Shown here: positions 10,311 through 20,409 of the stretch, one piece after another
Position numbering within the stretch: the stretch's first letter is position 1
Layout of the letters: the number at the start of each line of letters is the position of its first letter
Source of the DNA: an uncultured Actinomycetes bacterium
Lineage (GTDB): Bacteria; Actinomycetota; Acidimicrobiia; IMCC26256; DASPTH01
Direction of reading: 5' to 3'
NCBI GenBank assembly: GCA_963705625.1
Contig: CAVPKG010000008.1
Span: forward strand, 2,846-66,845
Length of the DNA: 64,000 nucleotides
Translations under genes and position numbers: made by a program
The notes under the pieces: generated by a model
The model's input: only the letters and a program-made list of their open reading frames with translations
Told to the model about the DNA's origin: nothing
Database searches by the model: none

Positions 10311-11812
10311 GTCGTCTCCGAACCGGGGCCGAGCATCTCGCCGATCGGCCCGAAGGCTCCTCCTGCCGCGTATTCGACGAGCCGGCGCTGGCCTGCATCG
10401 TCTCGCATCTCGAGAACGTCCATGAACAACTGACCGCGCGCCTTGCGAAGCGCGGCGTACCCGGCGCTTCCACGCGGAGGCAGGTCGGTAGTGAGCAAGA
10501 TCAACGGCGGTGCCCGATCGCCGAGTTCCAGTCGTAGCACCGCCGCCTCGCCGAGCGCCTTCCAGACAGTGTCCGTTCGACGGAGCCCAGCACGCGCGCT
10601 GGTGAACGCCCCCGAAACGTCGAAGTACCAGAGCCTCCCAGCGGCATCGCGTGCCGTCATGTTCACCTCGACGCCCGAACGAAACCGCTTGTTCTCTTCG
10701 ATGTCAGTGAACCGACAATCTCTCACGACCTCTTTGGCGATCTCCTCAGCCTTCTGCCCCTCCCGCACAGCGCGCGCCTGGAAACTGCCGCCGGGCTCGT
10801 CGTCCGGCTCGTTCTCCGGAATCGCCACGAGTCTTGGCCGCTCGAGCGGCGGCCTCGCCGCGATGCGATCACGTTCTGCTTGCGCTCGTTCCTTCGCTAC
10901 GGCGACATAGTTCTCGTCGGTGTCGTATCCGATGTAGTGCCGGCGTGTCCGGACTGCCGCCACTGCTGTTGTTCCCGAACCCATGAAGGGGTCGAGCACC
11001 AGGTCTTCGTCGTACGTGTAGAGCTCGATCAACCGCTGTGGCAACTCGACGGGGAATGGGGCGGGATGACCGACGCGTCGTGCGCTCTCCGCCGGAATGT
11101 CCCAGAGGTCGACGGTTGCCTCCATGAACTCGTCTTTGTAGATCGTTCCCTCGGAAGGAAGCCCCGCATGGTGTCGTTCCCGACGAGAGAGTGCCCGGTC
11201 GAAGCGCCCCTTGCTCGCGACGATCACCCGTTCAGTGAGATCGCGGAGCACGGGGTTCGCAGCGCTCTGAAATGAACCCCATGCGCACGATCCAGCGGCA
11301 CCGTGCGCCTTCTGCCAGATGACTTCTCCGCGAAGCAACAAGCGAAGGTCGTCTTGCAGGATTGTGATCACGTCAGCAGACAACGAACGGTAGGGGCGAC
11401 GACCAAGGTTGGCGACGTTGACGGCGAGTCGCCCACCCGGCTCGAGCACGCGCACGCACTCTCCGAGCACTTCCGCGAGCATCTTGCGGTACTCGTTGTA
11501 GCTCGCCGGGATGTTGCCCTGACCGAGCGCCTCCTCGTACTCCTTGCCGGCAAAGTACGGAGGGGAAGTGACGACGAGGGCTACCGAATCGGGCGCGACC
11601 TGGCGCATGTCGCGGCTGTCATCGCAGTAGATCTCGTCGACAACCTCGGTGCGCTGGACCTTCTTCGCCTTGGAGATGACGGGAGGAGTGAAGCACACGT
11701 AGAACGCGCTCGCGTCGTGACTTTCGCGTCGACCGACGCCAAAAGTTGATGTTGTCGTGGGTTTCCGGCGCTCCGCCAAGTGATCCTCCGACCGCCGGGT
11801 GGATTCTCGCAT
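10307..11812 (-). CDS. site-specific DNA methyltransferase (N4-C/N6-A, beta class) with extra C-terminal domain
   Basis: motif IV VTSPPY precedes HPAPFP and motif I DPFMGSGTT; about 150 extra C-terminal aa; true start may be nearer 11779. Confidence 0.92.
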   Translation of the reverse strand: MRESTRRSEDHLAERRKPTTTSTFGVGRRESHDASAFYVCFTPPVISKAKKVQRTEVVDEIYCDDSRDMRQVAPDSVALVVTSPPYFAGKEYEEALGQGNIPASYNEYRKMLAEVLGECVRVLEPGGRLAVNVANLGRRPYRSLSADVITILQDDLRLLLRGEVIWQKAHGAAGSCAWGSFQSAANPVLRDLTERVIVASKGRFDRALSRRERHHAGLPSEGTIYKDEFMEATVDLWDIPAESARRVGHPAPFPVELPQRLIELYTYDEDLVLDPFMGSGTTAVAAVRTRRHYIGYDTDENYVAVAKERAQAERDRIAARPPLERPRLVAIPENEPDDEPGGSFQARAVREGQKAEEIAKEVVRDCRFTDIEENKRFRSGVEVNMTARDAAGRLWYFDVSGAFTSARAGLRRTDTVWKALGEAAVLRLELGDRAPPLILLTTDLPPRGSAGYAALRKARGQLFMDVLEMRDDAGQRRLVEYAAGGAFGPIGEMLGPGSETT

Positions 11813-11850
11813 GCTGCCACGGCCCTACGACGCTTATCCGGGTCGGCCGG

Positions 11851-12812
11851 TCAAGATGCGGTCCTGGTACGCCGGCGGCGGAGCCAGACCGCGATACCCG
11901 CGGTGGCGGCGAGCGCGCCGGCCGCGATCAGGACACCGGTGGGGAGCCCACGGCGTCGCCGCCGCCGCCTCCGCCACTCCTGCGGTGCACCGCGGCCGCC
12001 TCGACCTGCGCGGCGTTGCGGTCGCGCGGTCGGGACGTGGTCGTCGGAGGAGTCGTGGACGTCGGTGGCGCGGCCGATCCTGCATCGTCGGGCTCGGGAT
12101 TGCCGGCGGCGGCATCGGTCGAGCCCGCACCGCCCGGCTCGACCGTCCCGCCCGATTGCCCGCCGCTCGGGCCGGCGCTCGGGGCCCCACTCGGTTCGTC
12201 ACTCGACCCGCCGGTCGTCCCCGGCGTGGTCCCCCCGGTCGTCCCCGGGGTCGTCTCACCGGTCGTCCCGCCCGGGCCGTTTCCCGGACTCGCGCCCGCT
12301 CCGCCACCGGCCGGGGGCGACGTCGCCGGCGGCGCGCAGTCGACGTACGCGGAGAAGTCGGCGGACGAACTCGGTGCCGTGCCGGTGCCGTAGCGCCAGC
12401 CCTCGACGTCACCGTCGTGCACCGTCGTCGTGCACGCGCAGCCGCGCGAGTACGCCCAGCTCGTGGACCCACCCGTTGCGACGAAGTACGCCCAGTACTC
12501 GCCGTGCGGACCGATGAGACACGACTGGTCCGCGGGATTGCCCACACCGTCGAGCGCGCACACCGCGGCGCCCTGTCCCTGGAACCCGTAGGTCACCGGG
12601 TTCGCGCCGGCAAGCTGGAGCGCGTCGATCCCGCTGATCGATCCGTCGAAGTGGATCACCGTATGGCGCACTGCCGCGCCGGTGTCGATCACGACGACGG
12701 CGGTCGAGCTCCCGGCCGCGGACGCGACCCGTCGCGCCCACGGCATCCAAGCCCCCGAACGTCGCGACCATCGCGACGATTGCGGCCACGGCACGCGCCG
12801 TCGCGCCCTCAT
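11851..12812 (-). CDS. surface protein with DUF4430/transcobalamin beta-domain-like region, Gly/Pro/Thr linker and C-terminal membrane anchor (frameshifted)
   Basis: VCALDGVG..YWAYF..WAYS..VHDGDVEGWRYG; tail SPTGVLIAAGALAATAGIAVWLRRRRTRTAS-stop in another frame. Confidence 0.65.
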
Positions 12813-14267
12813 CCGGTGAACGTGGGCTGGACGCTCACAACCGCTGCTCCGACGGCAACCGGTTGTTCGACCGCAACCACGCCTTCGACGGCAACCGCGC
12901 CTTGGGCGGCAACCGCGCCTTCGACGGCAACCGCGGCTCGCACGTCGATGGTGACGACGCTCGTTGTGGGTTGCCCGTCGGGGCCGAGGCCCGCCACCAC
13001 GATCTCGTGGGCACCCGCTGCCGTATCGGCAGGGATGGTGACGGTTGCCGAGTACGCACCCGTCACGTCGGCGGTGACCGTCGCGAGCACGACCGCGTCG
13101 CTGTGCAACTCGATCGTGAGCGACGCGCCGGGCGCGAAACCGTCACCGGACACAGTGATCGTTCCGCCGGCGGTGGGGGCGCTGGTGCTCACGCTCGGCG
13201 CGGACCCGGCTGTCGTGCACACCTGTGCGGCGGCGCGCGCGACGGGGAGCCACGACCGGAGCAGTCCCTCGACCGCCTGCGACGTTGGCAGCGTATTGAT
13301 GCCGAACGAGTCGCTCGGGCTCTGCACCCGGCCGGCGTCGGCGCCGGTGGTGAGCTGCCGGGAACGGAGCCAGACATCGGGACTCGTGTACGGGGTGCCC
13401 GCGAGCGCGGGTGCCACGGCGTCACGCCAGCACGGCGTTCTCACGTCGTAGCCGGCGGCGGTGATCGCGAGGATCGCCATCGCGGTGGAGTTCGGGTCGT
13501 CCTCTCCGAAGGACTGCCACGCGCCGTTCGCCTGGTGGTTGTGCGCGAGGAACCCGAGGGCGGCGCGCACCGCGGGATCGCTCGGGAGTGCGCCGCTGCC
13601 GACGAGCGCTTCGACCGCGAGCGCGGTGGTGTCGTTGTCGATGTCGTCGGCGGTCGGGTCGCCCACGAACCCCCATCCGCCGTTGGCTTGCTGCGCCGCG
13701 CGCACCGCGGTGACCGACGCCGCGGGTGCGCCGTTGCACGACAGTTGCTGGGCGATGATCAGGTAGAGGAGCCCGTTGAACGTCGGGCTCGTCAGACCGC
13801 TGCAGCCGCCCATCTTGGCCTGGAGGTTCACCGCCCCGAACGCCGTGGGGTCGATCCCGAGCGGTTCGCTCACCAGCACGACGGTCTTCGCCGCCACGCC
13901 CGGGTCGTTGCTCGCCGCCACCAGGTCCTCGAGATAGTCGAGTGGTGTGGGCCCGGAACCGCCCGCCTGCAGCGCCTCGACCGCGGTCCGCGCCGCGCTC
14001 GCGGTCCACGTCGTGGTGGTCTGCGCCTGCTCCGCGATGGCGAGCACCACGTCCCGCGTCTCGAAGCCGGCGAAGCTGGCGACCTCGAAGCCGCCGTCGG
14101 GCTGCTGCTGCGTCTTCAGCCACGCGACGGCGCTCGCGGCCGCGCCGATAGATGTGGAGTCGGTGGAGGCGGGGTCGGCCGCGCCGGCAGGCGCGGCCGA
14201 CGAACTGAACAGGAGTGCGAGCGCGATCGCGCTGACGCACGCGAGCACGACGACGACGGCGCGTCAT
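12809..14267 (-). CDS. secreted prenyltransferase/squalene-cyclase-repeat (alpha-barrel) protein with Ig-like domain
   Basis: QW-like repeats WLKTQQQPDGGF, QQANGGWG, NHQANGAW; DNDTTALA, DPNSTAMA; GGAGG RBS before ATG at 14267, N-terminal frameshift. Confidence 0.8.
12850..12937. repeat. 18-bp coding tandem repeat, 5 copies (AVAVEG-type hexapeptide)
   Basis: cgacggcaaccgcgcctt-like units with period 18. Confidence 0.8.
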
Positions 14268-14361
14268 CGGATGACCTCCACTGGCCCCTGGTCCACGAGG
14301 GCCTTCTGTGGACCGCCCGAGGGCGGCCTCCCTACGGGAGCACCGGTGGCCCGGTGGACAG

Positions 14362-14480
14362 AGGCGGGTAGCCTGGCTCGCGGAGTGCGGCGGTGATGCC
14401 GCAGAGCCGCTCACAGTTGCGGGTCAGCGTCGGTCTCGCACCGACTTCCCCCGTCCCGACACACTTGCGTCCCGGGACCA
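14362..14480 (-). promoter_or_regulatory. cobalamin (B12) riboswitch
   Basis: minus strand reads GGGAAGTCGGTGCGAGACCGACGCTGACCCGCAACTGTGA...GAGCCAGGCTACCCGCC, matching the B12-element core and B12 box. Confidence 0.88.
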
Positions 14481-14546
14481 CACGTACGCCCGGCCCTCTT
14501 GGGCCGGGTTCCGCGCAACCGCTGTCGAGGAAGCAGGCTACGGATC

Positions 14547-15673
14547 GTGACCAGCGGGGTGCAAACCAGGACCGCCATCGCCGAACCGGTCACCGAGTCG
14601 GTGGTCGAGCCGGCTCGCGCTTCGGTCGCCGAGTGGCATGCCGGTGTCTGGTTGGTGTGGGCGCTCGCGGCGGGCGCATGCGTACAGCTCGCATCGAGCC
14701 CGGTCTACGTCGCGCTGGTGGTCGGCATCGCCACGCTCGCGGTCTCAGCGCACGCGCGCCCCGGACCGTACGCTCGGGCGTTCCCGATTCTCGTGAGTGT
14801 CGGGGTGTGCTTCGCGATCGTGCGGATGCTCCTCACGGTGGCCACCACGCATGGCCTCGGCCACGTGTTGTTCGCCACCCCCCACTTCGTGCTCCCCGAG
14901 ATGCTCGGAGGGTTCACGGTCGGGGGCACCGTCGAGCTCACCGTGATGCTGCAGTCGCTCGCCGAGGGCTTCGCGATCGTCGGCATGATGGCGGTCTTCG
15001 GCGCGTTCAACGGAGTGGTCACGCACTCGGAGCTGGTGCAGTCCACACCACGCGCGTTCTACGAGGTCGGGTTGGTCGTGGTGGTCGCGCTCGCGTTCGT
15101 GCCGTCGACGCTCGCGGCGATCGGCGACGTGCGCGACGCCGATCGTGCCCGCACCGGAGGGCGTGCCGTCCGGCGGGGCCGGCTCCTGCGCCAGACCGTG
15201 CCGGTGCTCGAGCTGGGCATGGAGCGCGCGGTGACGCTGGCGGAGTCGATGGACGCGCGCGGGGGTTCGCGCGCGTCGGCGCCGGACCGCGCGACCGCGT
15301 GGCCGGGTGGTGCGGAGTGGCGTCGCTCCTCGCGCTCGCAGGATCCTTCGTCGCGCTCATCGGCGAGCGCCGCACGCCGGCCGCGGTGCTCGGCCTCACG
15401 GGCGCCATCGGTCTCGCGGCGGCCGTGGTGCTCGCGTCGTCGGGAGAGCAGCGAGCGCGCTACCGGCCGCGGCGCATGTCGCTCGCGGACTGGATCGTCG
15501 CGGGCGCAGTGCTCGTCGCGCCGGCGGGCCTCGCCCTTTGTTCGATCGTGGGCGACGGCAGCCTGTTCTGGTACGCGAGCCCACTCCGCTGGCCCACGCT
15601 GCACGTGGTCCCCACGCTCACGCTGCTCCCCTTGCTCGTACCGGTCGTCGCGCGCTCCTGGATCAAGCCGTGA
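14547..15673 (+). CDS. ecfT: ECF transporter transmembrane component T (frameshifted)
   Basis: multiple TM segments; PVLELGMERAVTLAESMDARG (ARG motif). Confidence 0.85.
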
Positions 15674-17321
15674 GCGCGATCTCGATGCGGGACCTGTCGT
15701 ACGCGTACCCGGACAGCGCCGCGTCCCGCGCTCACGCAGGCCCGCCTCGACGTCGAGCCGGGCGAGCTCCTGCTCGTGGTGGGCACGTCGGGCTCGGGAA
15801 AGAGCACGCTGCTGCGCTGCGCGAACGGCCTGGTCCCGCACTCGAGCGGCGGCCGGTTCGCCGGCGAGGTGATCGTGTTCGGGCGTTCCACACGCTCGCA
15901 CCACCCACGCGAGCTCGCCGACGTCGTCGGTTTCGTCGCGCAAGACCCTGAGTCGCAGTTCGTCGTCGACCACGTGGAACGCGACATCGCATTCGTGTTC
16001 GAGAACCTGGGCTTCGCGCCCGACGCGATGCGGCGCCGCGTGGAGGAGACGCTCGACGCGCTCGGGATCGCACACCTCCGCGACCGTGATCCCTCCACAC
16101 TGTCCGGCGGCGAGCAGCAACGGTGTGTGATCGCGGGTGCGCTGGCGGCGGCGCCTTCGGCTTTGGTGCTCGACGAGCCCACGTCACAGCTCGACCCACA
16201 GGGCGCCGACGACGTGCTCGGGGCGCTCACGCGTCTCAACGCCGACCTCGGCACCACTGTCCTGCTCGCGGAGCACCGGCTCGAGCGCGCCGCACCGCTC
16301 GCGGACCGGACGGTGATCGTCGAGGGCGGCAGTGTGGGCACGCCCGGTGCTCCCGGTGTCGTGCTTGCGGACTACCCGGGCGCGCCGAGTGTGACCCGGC
16401 TCGGGCGCGCGCTCGGCTGGGACCCTCCGCCGCTCACCGTCCGCGATGCGCGCCGATGGGCGGCGCGCACTGCCCGTCGAGCTCCCCGATCCCGTCGAAC
16501 GGTCGGCGAGCGCGCCGGGCGAACTGCTGCTCTCGGCGCGCGGCGTGCGCGCCGAGCTCGGTGGGCAGATGGTCCTCCGCGACGTCAGCGTCGACCTGCG
16601 GCGCGGCGACGTCGTCGCGTTGCTCGGTCGGAACGGTTCGGGCAAGTCCACGTTGCTTCGGGTGCTCGCCGGGCTGCTGGACCCGGCGGGGGGTCGCGTC
16701 GCCCTGTTTGAGGGCGCACGGGCCGCCTATGTGCCCCAGAACCCGAACACGCTGCTCTTCGAGCCCACCGTCCGCCGCGAGATCGAGGAGACCCTGCGCC
16801 TGCTCGGCACCCACGATCACGGCGACGTCGACCGCTGGCTCGACACGCTCGGCCTGCACGACCTCGCGGCGCGTCACCCGCGCAGCCTGTCGGGCGGCGA
16901 GCGCCAGCGCATCGCGATCGCGGCGGTCGCGGTCGGTGGTGCGCCGGTGCTGCTGCTCGACGAGCCCACCCGCGGCATGGACGCGTCGTCACGGCTCGCC
17001 CTCGATCGGGCCGTCCGGCTGCACGCGCAATCCGGCGGCGCGGTGGTGCTCGCGACACACGACGTCGAGCTCGCCGCACGCTCCGCGACACGGGCGGTGG
17101 TGCTCGGTGACGGTGACATCGTCGCCGAGGGGAACGCTCGCCGCGTGCTCGCCGGATCGCTGTTCGCGCCGCAGGTGCTCCGGGTACTGCCGCCGTTCCT
17201 CACCGTCGAAGAAGTCGAACGGGCCGGACCGGCGCACACGAGCGAACGTCCGCGGGCCGGGTACCCCGGCCCGCAGGGAGCGAGCCATCGTGCAGGCACC
17301 GAGAGCGGGGAGGAGGGATGA
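15670..17321 (+). CDS. ECF transporter duplicated ATPase (A-A' fusion, frameshifted)
   Basis: two Walker A motifs (GTSGSGKST, GRNGSGKST), two LSGGE, two LDEPT. Confidence 0.88.
17240..17296 (+). repeat. hairpin repeat family copy in the 3' end of the ECF ATPase gene
   Basis: GAGCGAACGTCC-GCGGGCCGGG-TAC-CCCGGCCCGC-AGGGAGCGAGCCATCGTGCAGG. Confidence 0.75.
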
Positions 17322-18114
17322 TCACGAGACACGCGCCCGTTGCTCGTGTACCTGCTCATGGTCGTCCTGGGCGCGGCGGCGTTCCTGTACCCGTTCTGGC
17401 TTCCCTCCGCCGCGTTCTCCAGCCAGGCCCACAGCGCCGACGCGCCGCTCGTCGCCGCGTTCGTCGGTGCGCTCGTCATCGTCGCGGTGGCGCTCGAGGT
17501 TCGGCACGGCACCATGAACGGAGCGACCGTCGCGATCCTCGGCATGCTGTCGGCGTGCGCCGGGCTGCTCCGGCTCCTCGACCTCCCCGGCGGCGGCAGC
17601 GGGATCTTCTTCCTCATCGTGCTCGCCGGCGCGGCTTTCGGCCCGCGCTTCGGGTTGCTGCTCGGGCTGTGCTCGATGGCGGTGTCGGCCGTCGTCACCG
17701 GTGGGATCGGACCCTGGCTGCCGTTCCAGATGTTGGCGCTGGCGTGGATGGGCGGACTCGCCGGCATCGTCGGCCTGTGGACCGCGCGGCTGCACCCGCG
17801 CGGAGGTGCTCGCCCTCGCTGCGTACGGATGGATCTGGGGGTTCGCCTACGGGGCGATCATGAACCTGTGGTTCTGGCCGTTCGCACACGGCGGCGCGCT
17901 CGACTGGCATCCGGGCCTCGGCTTCACCGAGACCCTCCACCGCTACTGGTCGTTCTACGTCGCGACGTCGCTCGGCTGGGACGCCGCCGCCGCGATCACG
18001 AACGCCGCGCTCATCCTGGTCACCGGCGCCGCCCTGCTCCGCACCCTCCGGCGCTTCGCCCACCGCCTCGAGCCCGCCGTCACCTTCGAACCGGCGTCAA
18101 CAAACGGGGTATAG
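17318..18114 (+). CDS. ECF transporter S component (CbrT-like, probable corrinoid substrate; frameshifted)
   Basis: FFLIVLAGAAFGPRFG, GGIGPWLPFQM, YGAIMNLWFWPF, TSLGWD. Confidence 0.8.
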
Positions 18115-18140
18115 CCCCATCTGCTGACGCCAGTTCGTTC

Positions 18141-18636
18141 TCAATCTCCGCCGATGCGGAGGTAGGTGCCGCGGTAGAAGAGCAGCGGGCGTGCGTCTTC
18201 GCGCATGTCGAGGTCGAGCACGCTGCCGACGATGATCTTGTGGTCGCCGCCCGGGTACTCGGCCTCGAACTCGCAGTCCATGTACGCGATCGCCTCGTCG
18301 AGCACGGGCGATCCGGAGATTCCTCGGTGCCAGGGCGTCACGCCGAAACGGTCGGCACCGCGTTGCGCGAACAGGCGGGACAGCTCCTCGTGCTCCTCGC
18401 CGAGGATGTTGACGGCGAACTTGCCGCGCCTGTTCGATCCGCGGCCACGTGGTCGACGAGTGCGCGACGCAGAACAGCACGAGCGGCGGATCGAGCGACA
18501 GCGACGTGAAGGAGTTGGCGGCCATGCCGACGGGTTCGTCGCCGTCCATCGCGGTGATGATGGTGACACCCGTCGCGAAGTGGCCGAACACGTCGCGGAA
18601 GCGACGATCGTCGGGGGTGACGATCTCGTCAGGCAT
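18141..18636 (-). CDS. flavin reductase family protein (frameshifted)
   Basis: FRDVFGHFATGVTIIT, ANSFTSLSLDPPLV, GGDHKIIVG. Confidence 0.9.
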
Positions 18637-19516
18637 CGCGCGCCGAGCGCGGCAGCACCAGGTGTTGCATGCTGTCGGCGGCCGCGAACAGCTCGGGACC
18701 GCCGATCCGCGCCGAGAGCTCGCGCGCGTCACGCAGGATCTCGTCGACCTGGTCGTCGCCGTGCGACGGGCAATGGTGGAAGAGCGCGAGCTCACGGGCG
18801 CCGGATTCGCGCGCCACGTGGATCGCGTACTCGATCGTGCAGTGACCCCAGTTGCGCTTGAGCTCGTACTCGTCGGTTGTGTGCTGCGCGTCGTGGATGA
18901 GGAGGTCGACGCCGTCGCACAGCTCGAGCACGTCGTTCGGCACGTAGTCGTCGGGGTCGTCGGGAACGGTGCCCGGCCCGTGATCGGGCAGGTAGGCGAT
19001 CGACACACCCTCGATCTCGACCCGGAACCCGAGCGTGGGATCGGTGTGGCGGACCCAGCGCGAGCGGACCTTCGCGCCGTTCACCGCGAAGTCGTCGCGG
19101 CCCACGCCTTGGAACGAGACCGTTCCTCGGAGCTCCTCCGGACGGATCGGGAAGTAGGGCGGGCGCATCACGTCGCCGAAGACGACGTCGAGCGGCCCTT
19201 CCTCCTGCTCGGGCCCGTACACCTCGATCGTGCCGCCCCCGGCAGCCATCGGCGCGAAGAACGGCAGACCCTGGATGTGGTCCCAGTGGAGGTGGGTGAG
19301 CAGGACGCTCCCGTGGTATCCGGGGAGCCGCCCGTCCTCGGCCAGCTGCGCGCCGTAGTTGCGCAGACCGGTGCCGAGATCGAAGATCAGCGGGTCGTGG
19401 CCGTCGGCCGCGATCTCCACGCACGACGTGTTCCCGCCGTACCGATCGAACTGGTGGCCGTCACACGGAGTGGATCCGCGTACCCCCCAGAATGTGACAT
19501 GCGTCGCGGGCGACAC
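18629..19516 (-). CDS. MBL-fold metallo-hydrolase
   Basis: FWGVRGSTP, YGGNTSC, THLHWDHIQG, WGH, FHH. Confidence 0.9.
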   Translation of the reverse strand: MSPATHVTFWGVRGSTPCDGHQFDRYGGNTSCVEIAADGHDPLIFDLGTGLRNYGAQLAEDGRLPGYHGSVLLTHLHWDHIQGLPFFAPMAAGGGTIEVYGPEQEEGPLDVVFGDVMRPPYFPIRPEELRGTVSFQGVGRDDFAVNGAKVRSRWVRHTDPTLGFRVEIEGVSIAYLPDHGPGTVPDDPDDYVPNDVLELCDGVDLLIHDAQHTTDEYELKRNWGHCTIEYAIHVARESGARELALFHHCPSHGDDQVDEILRDARELSARIGGPELFAAADSMQHLVLPRSARDA

Positions 19517-19564
19517 ATTTCCACCATACCCGCGTAACCGGCGAGCAATACGTCCGGGCGCCGG

Positions 19565-20409
19565 TCAGCTCAGCACGCGCTTCTTGAAGCCCTTGATTCC
19601 GAGCCACGTAAACAACGCCGAGAACCCCAGCATCGCGGGATAGACCGCCCACAAGGTCATGTGCGGGCTGGTCGTGAGCGCGGCGCGCAGGCCTTCACAC
19701 AGGTACACGAGCGGGTTCGCCAGCACGAGGATCTGGACCCACCGCACCGGCTCGAGCGTGGACCAGCTGTAGTAGACGGCGCCGAGGAACGTGATCGGGA
19801 GCACGAAGATACCGAACAACATCGGCACGGTACGCGGCTCGAACCGAGTGCCGAACGTGAGGCCGAGCGCGCCGCACATGTAGCACCCGATGGGCACGAT
19901 CGTGAGCAGTTCGAGCCAGTTCACCTCGAGATTCACCGGAGTGGCAGGGACGATCGCCGCGATCGGGAACACGAGCAGGGCCGCGAACACCCCGTTCACT
20001 GCGCCCGCAACCGCCTTCTCCACCGCGAGCAGCGACACCGGCAGCGGTGCCTGCACACGGTCCTCGATCTCCCGGGTGTACCCGAACTCCTGCACCATCG
20101 GGATCGCGACCGACTGGACGCCCTGGAACATGATCGCGAGTCCGACCACTCCGGCGACCAGCAACGTGGAGAAGTCGGTCTCACCGAGCCGTCCGCCGAT
20201 CCCCTGGCCGATCTTCGGGAACACGTACGCGAAGACGAAGACGAGCAGGAAGGGCTGCATCAACGACCGGGGAACAACCTCCTTCCACGTCTTGCGCACG
20301 ACGACGAGGTCGCGCACGAGCAGCGCGCCGAATGCCGTGCGCGCGCCGCGGAGGTCGGGCTACAGGTGGGAGCAAGCGTTGCGGGTGTGGCGGACGTGAC
20401 CGCGGTCAT
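19565..20409 (-). CDS. ABC-2 type transporter permease (N-terminal frameshift)
   Basis: multi-TM; NPLVYLCEGLRAAL. Confidence 0.85.

Noticed and set aside
12809-14267. Terpene/hopanoid cyclase
   Set aside because: It has a signal peptide, is too short, lacks a DXDD motif in cyclase context, and sits behind a B12 riboswitch.
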